Shown: positions 17,427 through 26,821 of the stretch, in pieces
Layout: every line of letters starts with the position of its first letter
Position numbering within the stretch: the stretch's first letter is position 1
Virus record (IMG/VR): IMGVR_UViG_3300045902_000304
DNA from: an uncultured virus (IMG/VR IMGVR_UViG_3300045902_000304)
Lineage: Duplodnaviria; Heunggongvirae; Uroviricota; Caudoviricetes
DNA: 64,000 nucleotides
Reading direction: 5' to 3' (one strand)
Made by a program: the position numbers and the translations under genes
The notes under the pieces: generated by a model
What the model was told of the DNA's origin: nothing
The model's database searches: none
What the model saw: the letters and a program-made list of their open reading frames with translations, nothing else

Positions 17427-18140
17427 TTAAATATTAACCTTGCTATAGTTCTCTCTTGCAAACTTGCAAGTATTTATCAGCCAGTTTACATTTTCATAAT
17501 CTGGCTGCAAACCCAAATAATAATCCCAAATCTCCTGCGTTTGAGCTAACTTGCAAGTCGCAATCAGCCAACTCACATTTTCGTAATCCGGCTTTAAAAT
17601 CTTATAATACTCCAGCATTTCCGGCGTTTGGGCAAACTCGCAAAAAATTATCAGCCAATATACATCTTTATAATCCGGGTTCAACCCTTTATAAAAATCC
17701 AACATCTCCGATGTCTGTGCAAATTTGCAATCTACAATAAGCCCGCTCACATTTTTGTAATCCGGCTGCAAACTCTTGTAATACTCCAGCATCTCCAAAG
17801 TCTGAGCAAATTTGCAATACTTAATCAGTACACTCACATTTTCGTAATCAGGGTTCATACTCTTGTAATACTCTATCATCTCATCCGTCTGTGCAAATTC
17901 GCAATACCTTATCAAACAGTTCACATCTTTATAATCCGGCTGCAACCCTTTGTAATAATCCAACATTTCCGGCGTTTGAGCACGCTTGCATTTTCGTATC
18001 AACCAACCCGCATCTTTATAATTGTTGCCTCGCTTCTCTATCTCTGCAATAGCATCAAATTCTTTCGGCAGGTTCGCATACCTCTTGCAAAGCTTTTTGG
18101 GTAAATCCCTTTTTCTGATTATCAATTTAGGCTTGTTCAT
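17427..18140 (-). CDS. 29-aa repeat family protein, paralog 6
   Basis: Six repeats plus cap. Confidence 0.9.
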   Translation of the reverse strand: MNKPKLIIRKRDLPKKLCKRYANLPKEFDAIAEIEKRGNNYKDAGWLIRKCKRAQTPEMLDYYKGLQPDYKDVNCLIRYCEFAQTDEMIEYYKSMNPDYENVSVLIKYCKFAQTLEMLEYYKSLQPDYKNVSGLIVDCKFAQTSEMLDFYKGLNPDYKDVYWLIIFCEFAQTPEMLEYYKILKPDYENVSWLIATCKLAQTQEIWDYYLGLQPDYENVNWLINTCKFARENYSKVNI

Positions 18141-18159
18141 AGTTTTACTGTTTAAATGT

Positions 18160-18294
18160 TTAGCTCCCGGCGCCGGTATCGCTCCGGCTCAGCCACTTTG
18201 CCGGGAAGGTAATGTTAATTATCTCTCCTCTTTCGTGCTGCTCAGTGCATTGTGCTACAAATACATTTGGGCAGAATTTTTTAAACGTGTTCAT
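18160..18294 (-). pseudogene. possible truncated gene remnant (44 codons)
   Basis: MNTFKKFCPNVFVAQCTEQHERGEIINIT... runs into a GC hairpin; resembles from memory the N-terminus of longer Bacteroidota phage proteins. Confidence 0.35.
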
Positions 18295-18305
18295 GTCTTT
18301 GCTTG

Positions 18306-18536
18306 TTAATATTTAAACTCTTGTACCAATTGCGAACCTTCAAACATTGCAGCCAAACCTTTTTTAGTCAGCCTTTGGGGTTTATTATTCCAAAAATGAT
18401 ATATCTTGAAATAACCAGGGACGCAACCCATTTCTTTCACTACTCTATTTAGTTCTGAAATGTTGCAGAATGCTTGTCGGCCTGTGCTTGTTACCACTTG
18501 GTAAACTCTTAGACTGTTGTTAATTTTCGTTTCCAT
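18306..18536 (-). CDS. hypothetical protein, first gene of leftward early operon
   Basis: 76 aa; minus-strand TACATTTG box near 18569-18576. Confidence 0.7.
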   Translation of the reverse strand: METKINNSLRVYQVVTSTGRQAFCNISELNRVVKEMGCVPGYFKIYHFWNNKPQRLTKKGLAAMFEGSQLVQEFKY

Positions 18537-18764
18537 AATCGTATTGTTTAAAATGTTAATTTATACCACAAATGTATATCCAACCCCCAGTATTTAACCC
18601 TGCTATTCGGCAAAATGCACAAAAAACTCGGTGAAATGAACACATTACTCGATAAGTTGGGGCAGCCCTATTTTAGGGCAACCCTGGAAAGGGCCTATGG
18701 ATAAATGGCAATTTTTTTTGTGGGGGCGCTTTATTATCTTTGTCCCATTTGTTTTTTTTGAACC

Positions 18765-19110
18765 GGCACGAGCGCCAACCAATCGGCCAACGCCGGCCAA
18801 CCAACGAATACCCATCGGCACAACGGCGCACAACGGCCAACAACGGCCAACAAAACCAACCAGCGCACAACCGGCGCAACTATGGACACAAGCTAACCAG
18901 CACCAGCCAACGGCGCAACTATAGGCGCAACAGCGGAGCAACAACGGAGCAACAACGGCGCAAAAAGGCCAATCGGCCAACCATAGGCGCAAATATCTGC
19001 CAACCATCGGAGTAGCAGCGGCGCAACTATGGACACCAACCACGGCGAAACAACGGCGCAACTATAGACCCCAGCCATCGGCTCCGGCTCCGGTTCCGGC
19101 ACGGCCAAAA
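18765..19110 (+). repeat. C/A-rich degenerate repeat cluster (CAACGGCGCAAC / GGCGCAACTAT)
   Basis: GGCGCAACTAT four times, many CAACGG units, ggctccggctccggttccggc. Confidence 0.8.
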
Positions 19111-20497
19111 TATGCAATTACTAAAATATAAATTCGTAAATAAAAAACGATAATTTTATTAGGCGAAGTAGTGATTAATATGGTGATAATGTAATGGCTT
19201 TATCCTGCGGAGTACTTACAGGCCTCTCTCAATACATCTGCATGGCTCTCTAAGGCCTACAAAACTCCTTACAATTCAGTAAAAAAAAGCATTGAGCAAA
19301 AGCCACACTGCCTTTTTGCATGGTAAAAGTCAGCACAATCAACCCCAACAACCACTTGCGCCGATTACAGCCAGTGCAAAGCGACCTTAATCAAGACCGC
19401 AAATAAAGCCGTAGAACAAACGTTTAATCATTCAAGCATACCAAACTCCCTAAAAGCATACAAACGCCGCTTAAATAGCCTAAAAAGTGCCTTAATTTTG
19501 ATTTTAACCTGCAAACGCCAAGCAGCTTTTGCAATTCAATCCACAAATAGCCACAAAAAAGGCCGATGTATCTGCTCCGGCAATACAAACATCAGCCAAA
19601 TGCGCCCGCAATTTGCCCTTTAATAGCATTCCCAAACCCCAAAAACCAAAAACCCAAACAGCTTTGGCCTTGCAGCGCCGCAATTAGCCAACCAGCGCAA
19701 AATTACCCCACCCGGTTTGGCAGGTAAAAACCAAAACGGGGGCGGCAAATGCGGCGGGCGGGGGCGGTAACCCAATCACGCAACAAAATTTCGGGTTTTG
19801 CATGTTTTGATTGTTGGGATAGGCGTTTGCAGGGCATTTAGGACATGAGTTTTTGGGTTTTTATATAATTAGTACCTACTTGTAGGTACTATATATATAA
19901 AGGTTGATTAATACGAAATTGATTTTGTATGCCATTTTGTAATTGCAGAAATAGTAAAAATATTCATTGATATGTCAAACGAACTATAATTTTTAATACA
20001 TAGTTGTTTCGAAGTAGTTTTTATGTCAAAAAACAGGGGGTAAAACAACTTCTTTTTGAAAGTCATAATGAGATTAAAAACTGATTAAAAAAAAATTTTT
20101 TTCAGACTTTGAAACTTTTTTACTACATTAAAATTGGATTATTTTTATTTTTTTTTTCTATGAATATAAAAAAAATACAATTCCTCATTAGTTTTAAAGT
20201 TTTAAGCTCCAAAAAAAATTTTTTTTTAATCGTTTTTTAATGTGCTATTTCTAAGTAGTTTTTGTTGCAGTTTTAATTTTTGTTGTTTTTACTTCGGGAT
20301 ATATTATTTTTTATCATTCTAACTGCTTCCAAAAAAAGTAATTTTGGGTATTGTTTTAACCATTCACTTGCCTATAGGATTGCCCTTGCACTTGCCTATT
20401 CACTGACAATAATTTGCCGATAAAGCAGCCCATAGGCTTGCCTATGTATCGACAATTATTTGCATAAAAATGATACTATTATCACCTTTGTCTCGTT

Positions 20498-20884
20498 ATG
20501 CTAAAACTATTACCACATTTAGAATCATTCAGGCCAATTGTGGGCGGCTTAGGCTATGCTGCTGACGGTTCTGAGGTTTATGTACCTGTTTCAAGGTTAA
20601 TACCTTATATTGTTGACATTGCAAGCCCTGAGCCATTGCTTTGTTATGACAGACAATATGAACTTATGCGTAATGGTAAGCCTGTTAATGGGGTTGTAAT
20701 GTTAAAACAGATAACAGACAAGCTCATACTAACTCGTGAAACAGCCAAAAAAGCTGCTTGGTACATAGGAGATGATGGGCGCAAGTATTTTGCGGATACT
20801 GCTGTATTTCATTCGGTTGGGCAGCCTCATGGCTATGAGTACAGACCCGTATATGAATGGGCTATTTGGGCGATTGAACTTTAG
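20498..20884 (+). CDS. hypothetical protein
   Basis: 128 aa, first rightward gene after the non-coding region. Confidence 0.7.
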   Translation: MLKLLPHLESFRPIVGGLGYAADGSEVYVPVSRLIPYIVDIASPEPLLCYDRQYELMRNGKPVNGVVMLKQITDKLILTRETAKKAAWYIGDDGRKYFADTAVFHSVGQPHGYEYRPVYEWAIWAIEL

Positions 20885-20907
20885 TAAAATAATAAAAGTA
20901 AAATAAT

Positions 20908-22425
20908 ATGATTAAACCAAAAAAACTTTATTACAATAAAGATGCTCGTGAGAAGTTATTATCCGGCATAAACAAAGTGGCGGAGGCTGTAAAAGTAACA
21001 ATGGGTGCTATGGGTAGGACTGTGGTCATTGGACTTGAAAATGGGAATGTGCAGGTAACCAAAGATGGCGTAACAGTCGCAAGGAGCATACATTTGGAAG
21101 ATACAGCCGAAAATATGGCTGCTACACTGATTAAGCAGGCCGCTGAGATGACACTGTATATGGCAGGAGATGGCACTACAACAGCAACACTGCTTACCCA
21201 AATATTGTCAATGTTGGCTTTGAACGAAATTGATAAAGGAGTATCACACTTAGCAATTAAAAAGGAAATAGAGCATGGCGTAAAAAAGGCCGTTGATTTA
21301 ATTAGGCAGTATGCACACCCCGTCAAAGAAGCAGAAGATATTGAAATGATTGCCACTATATCGGCCAATAATGACAAAGAAATTGGCTCACTTATAGCAC
21401 AGGCAATGAAGGCAGTAAATATGGACGGGGAAATAACCGTTCAGGACAATTACGGCAGACAAACAACGGTGGAAACGGTTGAGGGCATGAGCATAAATGC
21501 AGGGTATGTAAGCGGAAACTTTGTTACTAACCAAAGAAAAAAAACGGCTGAACTTAATAACCCCTATGTGCTCATTTATGACATGAAGATAGTTAGGCTT
21601 GATGAACTATTGCCTATACTGGAAAAAGTGGTCACAACCGGAAGAGAGCTATTAATACTATGTGAAAACATGGAAGGAGAAGCGCTCAATACAACAGTGG
21701 TTAATCACCTCCAAGGGAAGCTAAAAGTTTGTGTGTGTAAATTGCCACAGACAGGGATGATAAAAAAAGATTTAATGATGGACGTAGCAATGCTGACAGG
21801 GGCTAAAATTATTAGCCATGAGTACGGACTATCACTGCGAACAGCCACATTAGAACATCTTGGCACTTGTGAGAGGGTTGAAGTAGGGCAGTATAATAGT
21901 ACCTTTTTGGGAGGCGGTGGCAAAAAGGAGGATATAGAGGACAGAAAATTGATTATCCGAGAGCAAATGGAACAAGAGGATAACGATATGGTAAAAGAGG
22001 TGTATAGAAAAAGGTTAAGCAATTTGACTAATGGAGTGGCAATAATTAAGGTAGGAGGATATACCCCTTCGGAGATAGGAGAAAAGAAAGACAGGATAGA
22101 CGATGCTCTTAAAGCGGCTAAGGCGGCTATTGAGGAAGGCTATATATATGGTGGAGGCTCGACAGCATATTGTATTGGCAAGAGTATTGGTGGGCTTGTT
22201 GGTTTAGCATTGCAAGCACCAATGAATCAAATATTAACAAATGCAGGGCTTAATACCTACTTTGGAGAGTTGCATCACGGCACAGGATTTAATGCTATAA
22301 CCGGAGAGCTCGTGAACATGAAAGAACATGGAATCATTGATAGCGCAAAGGTGCTAAGAGTGGCATTGGAAAACGCAGCGTCAGTTGCACTTATGGTACT
22401 TAGTACAGAATGCTTAATTGATTGA
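20908..22425 (+). CDS. groEL: phage-encoded chaperonin GroEL (Cpn60)
   Basis: VTKDGVTVARSI, AGDGTTTAT, ATISANNDKEIG, EKKDRIDDAL, GIIDSAKVLRVALENAAS; no GGM tail. Confidence 0.95.
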   Translation: MIKPKKLYYNKDAREKLLSGINKVAEAVKVTMGAMGRTVVIGLENGNVQVTKDGVTVARSIHLEDTAENMAATLIKQAAEMTLYMAGDGTTTATLLTQILSMLALNEIDKGVSHLAIKKEIEHGVKKAVDLIRQYAHPVKEAEDIEMIATISANNDKEIGSLIAQAMKAVNMDGEITVQDNYGRQTTVETVEGMSINAGYVSGNFVTNQRKKTAELNNPYVLIYDMKIVRLDELLPILEKVVTTGRELLILCENMEGEALNTTVVNHLQGKLKVCVCKLPQTGMIKKDLMMDVAMLTGAKIISHEYGLSLRTATLEHLGTCERVEVGQYNSTFLGGGGKKEDIEDRKLIIREQMEQEDNDMVKEVYRKRLSNLTNGVAIIKVGGYTPSEIGEKKDRIDDALKAAKAAIEEGYIYGGGSTAYCIGKSIGGLVGLALQAPMNQILTNAGLNTYFGELHHGTGFNAITGELVNMKEHGIIDSAKVLRVALENAASVALMVLSTECLID

Positions 22426-22429
22426 ACCC

Positions 22430-22867
22430 ATGGATAAAGCAATAATCAACCAGTTAAAACGATACAAGCACGATAACAGCAAAATCATTAAGGTGCTTGA
22501 AGAAGGCAAAGAGTTGTATTTTCGGATGCCTGACGGAACATACCATAGAGTTACTGTAACCAAAATACACAAAGATTGGGCCATTTGCTTCAACCATACC
22601 ACAGGCAGGACGCTTAAACGAAAAGGGTTAATATTTAGGGAATCTGACAAATACTTTTTCCCAAGGTATTTGGGCGGGTTAGTGCCCAATTCTATTGCTG
22701 CAAAATCATATAGAAATCAAGTTGTTGATAGAATACTAACAGAAAAAAAAAGAATAATAAACCAAAATATTAAGAAAAACCCAAAGAAGCATTTACAATC
22801 ATTGTTTGGTACGGATAATTTCTTGGATATTATTGAGAAAAAGCCAAAAGTGAAGCAGGATGCTTAA
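22430..22867 (+). CDS. hypothetical basic protein
   Basis: Between groEL and terL, overlapping terL start. Confidence 0.65.
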   Translation: MDKAIINQLKRYKHDNSKIIKVLEEGKELYFRMPDGTYHRVTVTKIHKDWAICFNHTTGRTLKRKGLIFRESDKYFFPRYLGGLVPNSIAAKSYRNQVVDRILTEKKRIINQNIKKNPKKHLQSLFGTDNFLDIIEKKPKVKQDA

Positions 22868-25166
22868 CATTGACAAAAACATACCAATAGGCACGTGCAT
22901 ACCACCTGTAGAGGAAAACGGGCGGCTTAAAGAATTTATATATCAGTTTTGGGTGTATAGCCCGCCTATTCCTGAAGACAGAACCAAAATTGAAGGGTAT
23001 GGGCAAAAGATACCGTTGCAAAGGGTAAAAGAGCCTGACTTTATGTTTGAGAATATCCCTATAACCAAAGTGGTTAATAAAAGCGGAGGCAAAAATGTGG
23101 AGGTAGAAATAGTAGATTGGACGAAAGGCACACCGCAGCAATTGGAGTATATACGCCAGCAGTTATCCAAATGCTATAAGACAGGGCACTTTGTTTACAT
23201 AGGTGGAGAGTTACGCTGGCTAACGCCGTGGATGTATATGTTTTTTAACTTTTGGCGGTGTAATCAAGACAGCGAAGACGGCTATGTAGAGTACAGAGAT
23301 AAGCAGAGAAGAATATTTGCTTATTTGTGGTACATATATACAGAGACCGAAATATACGGTATAAACTATATGAAAGGCCGTAGAGATGGATGGACGGCTA
23401 TACAGTTTTTTCTATCTTTTTGGTTTTCTACTAACGAAAAGAATCAGAGCATTGGGGTGAGGTCAATGGATATGGAGTTGGCTAAAAAGAACTTTAAGTC
23501 GCTATTGAGAGACCCTTTATCAAAAATGGTATCGTATTTGAGGCCACACTATCACGATACAGACACAAGCGTGACCTATACAACAAAGCCGGAAAAACCA
23601 ACGCTTTACAACCCCACGCCACCAAAACCAAGAGGCATGGGCGGCAAGACAGTATTGGAGGCAGCAACGGAAGCCGGCTTTGATGGCACGGCAAAGCACT
23701 TGATATTGGATGACGAGGTGGCTAAGGAAAAGAAGTACGACTACGCAATAAGCCATGCAAGGCAGATAAAGTGTTTATCTATGAATGGCAAAAGAATTGG
23801 ACTAATATTGGCAGGCTCAACGGTAGAGGATGCGCAAAAAGGCGGCGAAAATTTCAGAAAGGTTTGGGAAAACAGTAAACTATCTACAATGGGCAAGAAT
23901 ATGGAGTACAGGCATACCCTCACCAAAGTAGTCAATTTATTTTTTAAGACTTCTGACGGCTATCCGGGATATGTGGACAGGTATGGGAACAGTATTATTG
24001 ACACTCCTACGGACGAGCAGTATGAGGATATGCTTAAAAACAATCCATATTTACCTAAAAAGGGGGCGGCTCAAATAATCAAAGAGGACAAGATGCAGGC
24101 TTTGGAGGCTGGACAAGAGTATTTGTATCAGCAGTTGTGCTTGCAGAACCCAGAGAGCGAAGCTGAGGCATTTATGACAATGAATCAGAACAACCCATTG
24201 TTTATAAACATTATCAAGGGGATAATAGAGGCATTGCCCAATCCGAATGTAGATAAGTTTTTGCGCAAAGGGTACTTTAGGTGGGGAGATGTAATACGGA
24301 AAACAAACCCTTATTGGGTGGACGATGTAAACGGGCCTGTGGAATTGACATGGTTAGGAGTTAAGGAAAACATATATAAGTTTAAGCCTGGCATTAATGG
24401 CAGCAATGCCCCTATATTCAACAAAGAGAAAGGGATTTTTAGCATAGACCCCTATAGGAACTCGATAGTAAAAAATAACGCAAAGAGTTCAAAGTTGGCA
24501 ATGCTTGGCAAGTTATTTTTTGACAAGCCCTATATGGACTATCATTTACACATAAAAAATACGAGGGGCGTGTATGAAGAAAGTTATTTGCCGAGACCCT
24601 GCATATTTTTGGAGATGCTTGTAAGGAGTAATTATAAAGATGACTTTGAGCAGGTGATAATGATAATGACCTATTACAGTATGTACGTAAATATTGAGAA
24701 TGAGGCGGCAACGGCATTGACTACATACATAATAGACAGAGGCTTTGAGGGCTTTTTGCTTACAGAGCCAGAGGTAACAGGTAAGACAGCTATGGCTACT
24801 GATGCGGATTATTTGATAAAAGGCTACAACACAAAGCCAGAGAACATAGATACAGGCATAGACGGCCTCAATGACTTTTTATTGGGACAGGCAGACCACT
24901 TACAAGAGCACACATACGACATAACAGAGGAGCCTATTCGTTGGCCTTTTATGAAAAGTTTGCAGGATGCTCTTAACTTTAATAAGGAGGACAGGACAAA
25001 GAACGACTTAACGATGGCTAACATAGGGCTACACCTGGCGGAGTATAATTTAGCCAGATATAAGAATCCGTATTTTACCGGGCAAGTACAATCTTCTGTT
25101 GTGGACATGGGCAAAGGCACAAATACGTTGGCTAAACTGATTATGATGTCGAGGAGAGGTAGGTGA
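22860..25166 (+). CDS. terL: terminase large subunit
   Basis: KGRRDGWT Walker A, LILDDEVAK Walker B, SIDPY nuclease Asp; 768 aa. Confidence 0.85.
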   Translation: MLNIDKNIPIGTCIPPVEENGRLKEFIYQFWVYSPPIPEDRTKIEGYGQKIPLQRVKEPDFMFENIPITKVVNKSGGKNVEVEIVDWTKGTPQQLEYIRQQLSKCYKTGHFVYIGGELRWLTPWMYMFFNFWRCNQDSEDGYVEYRDKQRRIFAYLWYIYTETEIYGINYMKGRRDGWTAIQFFLSFWFSTNEKNQSIGVRSMDMELAKKNFKSLLRDPLSKMVSYLRPHYHDTDTSVTYTTKPEKPTLYNPTPPKPRGMGGKTVLEAATEAGFDGTAKHLILDDEVAKEKKYDYAISHARQIKCLSMNGKRIGLILAGSTVEDAQKGGENFRKVWENSKLSTMGKNMEYRHTLTKVVNLFFKTSDGYPGYVDRYGNSIIDTPTDEQYEDMLKNNPYLPKKGAAQIIKEDKMQALEAGQEYLYQQLCLQNPESEAEAFMTMNQNNPLFINIIKGIIEALPNPNVDKFLRKGYFRWGDVIRKTNPYWVDDVNGPVELTWLGVKENIYKFKPGINGSNAPIFNKEKGIFSIDPYRNSIVKNNAKSSKLAMLGKLFFDKPYMDYHLHIKNTRGVYEESYLPRPCIFLEMLVRSNYKDDFEQVIMIMTYYSMYVNIENEAATALTTYIIDRGFEGFLLTEPEVTGKTAMATDADYLIKGYNTKPENIDTGIDGLNDFLLGQADHLQEHTYDITEEPIRWPFMKSLQDALNFNKEDRTKNDLTMANIGLHLAEYNLARYKNPYFTGQVQSSVVDMGKGTNTLAKLIMMSRRGR

Positions 25167-25219
25167 ATTATCCTACGCCTAAAGGCAGTGGGGGGATGTC
25201 AGTGCTGTTGGCGGCAAGG

Positions 25220-25504
25220 CTAACCCCACCGCTCGACAAATACCGAAGGGTTCCATTTCAGTTGTATTGCCCCTACTTTTTTAAGTTTTTCAAAAGTATC
25301 TTTTCGGATAGTTTCAATATTTCCACCTTCTTCAACAAGTGTGTACTCGGTGCGCCCTTTATCAAAATTAATGTCAACCTGTATCTCAGCACCATAATTT
25401 TTGCAAAGCCCGTAGATAATAAGTTGATGACGAGAAAGCCCAGCCGGCAACAAGCGATTAGCTTCATTGCCTTTTTCTTGGTTTGTTGAAATTTTGTTTT
25501 CCAT
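25220..25504 (-). CDS. hypothetical protein in attC-like cassette
   Basis: MENKISTNQEKGNEANRLLPAG reads through hairpin left arm at 25445-25471. Confidence 0.65.
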   Translation of the reverse strand: MENKISTNQEKGNEANRLLPAGLSRHQLIIYGLCKNYGAEIQVDINFDKGRTEYTLVEEGGNIETIRKDTFEKLKKVGAIQLKWNPSVFVERWG

Positions 25505-25694
25505 ATTAAATTTATTTTTAAAGTTAAAAGTTCGTTTTGCAAAGTCAGCTACAAACGCCAACCTCTTGACATGCAAAGTATTGTTTCACTTTTATTCTGA
25601 GCTTCTTTAGAGCTATTTGCCCGCAAGACATCCCATCAAATAACGATAATACATTCAGTGCCATATTTGTATATTCGCTTAGGCGGTTATGCGA

Positions 25695-26768
25695 CTAATC
25701 AAGCCAGCTTGGCCAATAGGCATTAGAGGATTCAAACAACTTAAAGTTGCCCAATTGAGAACAAACTGTATGGTTGTGTAAGTTTTGGCTGTGTACGATT
25801 GGGTCGTTATATTTTTTTTCAAGCCATTCGCTGTTATGCGCAATATGATATACAAGCCTTATCGGGCAATAGTTGCCTACATAGTTAGACCAAACGGAAT
25901 CCCAGCAATATCTGCCTATATACAAATCTATGTTTGCAAGCTCTTTTATACACTCAGCGTTTGGGCGAAACACATATACATCGGAGCCTTCAAAGTCTTT
26001 TAACCCATCAGTATGCAGGTCTGTATCAAGCAAAAAGCTATCAATGCTACCAACATCTACACGAGATAAAAAGCAACTGTCTATTTCGGGTCTGTTGTCC
26101 ATGTAGCAGCGAATGTTTGCAGAAAATCCCGGAGTAAAAATTATATCTGTGTTAGCAAAAACAAGTAGGTCGTCAGGATGCTGAAATAGACTGATGCCCT
26201 CTTTCAGTATTTCGTTTACTTTTGGCAAAGTGTCAGTTTTGTACGTGCAAAGTTTGGTGTTGTAGTCGTGCATAGCAAGTCTTGCTCTTGATGCAGCAGC
26301 CATTGAATACCTATATTCTTCATCACTATTTTTTGCGGGGGCTTCGGCTACAAGAATATAAGTGTGTGCAGCATATCTATCGCTGTGCTGCCGCATGGGG
26401 GTCATCCTGTGTAAGCATGAAGCAATCTCTAATGGGTAATAGGCAGCCATATAATGAGTGATAGTGCCTATGGTGTTTGGCTTTGGTGAAGAAATAAGGA
26501 TGGAACTATCGTTGCAAAGCAAAATAACCGGCGCATCATTGCAAAGATGATAGGGCATACTATCATTAAGGATATAAATTGTATTTGGCAGGTTGAGGTT
26601 TTTCCTAAGCTCTACAAGCCCGCAATCAGGTTCAGGCATAAATTTGTATTTATAACCGAGAGATTGCGCCACTATGCGAATATTCATTTTAATTTTCCGC
26701 AAAAGTGTATAAGGAATTTTACTGCTTTCGCCACAGAGATAGATGTGTATTTCAGCCATTTTTTGCAT
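25695..26768 (-). CDS. putative glycosyltransferase-like protein
   Basis: C-terminal FANTDIIF, LSRVD, GSDVYVF, IGRYCWD, YHIAH resemble nucleotide-sugar transferase motifs. Confidence 0.5.
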   Translation of the reverse strand: MQKMAEIHIYLCGESSKIPYTLLRKIKMNIRIVAQSLGYKYKFMPEPDCGLVELRKNLNLPNTIYILNDSMPYHLCNDAPVILLCNDSSILISSPKPNTIGTITHYMAAYYPLEIASCLHRMTPMRQHSDRYAAHTYILVAEAPAKNSDEEYRYSMAAASRARLAMHDYNTKLCTYKTDTLPKVNEILKEGISLFQHPDDLLVFANTDIIFTPGFSANIRCYMDNRPEIDSCFLSRVDVGSIDSFLLDTDLHTDGLKDFEGSDVYVFRPNAECIKELANIDLYIGRYCWDSVWSNYVGNYCPIRLVYHIAHNSEWLEKKYNDPIVHSQNLHNHTVCSQLGNFKLFESSNAYWPSWLD

Positions 26769-26821
26769 ATTGATTGCTTTGATTTGATATTTGAATAGAG
26801 CTCATTGACATTCACTATCAA

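Noticed and set aside
1..18140. Diversity-generating retroelement acting on the repeat family
   Set aside because: No reverse transcriptase in the window, and no template/variable pair differing only at adenines was apparent.
18163..18208. tRNA gene
   Set aside because: Too short; no D or anticodon arm, no TTC in loop, no CCA. No full tRNA was seen in the window.
18645..19117. Several overlapping ORFs
   Set aside because: Products of low-complexity GC-rich repeats; composition unlike the real genes.
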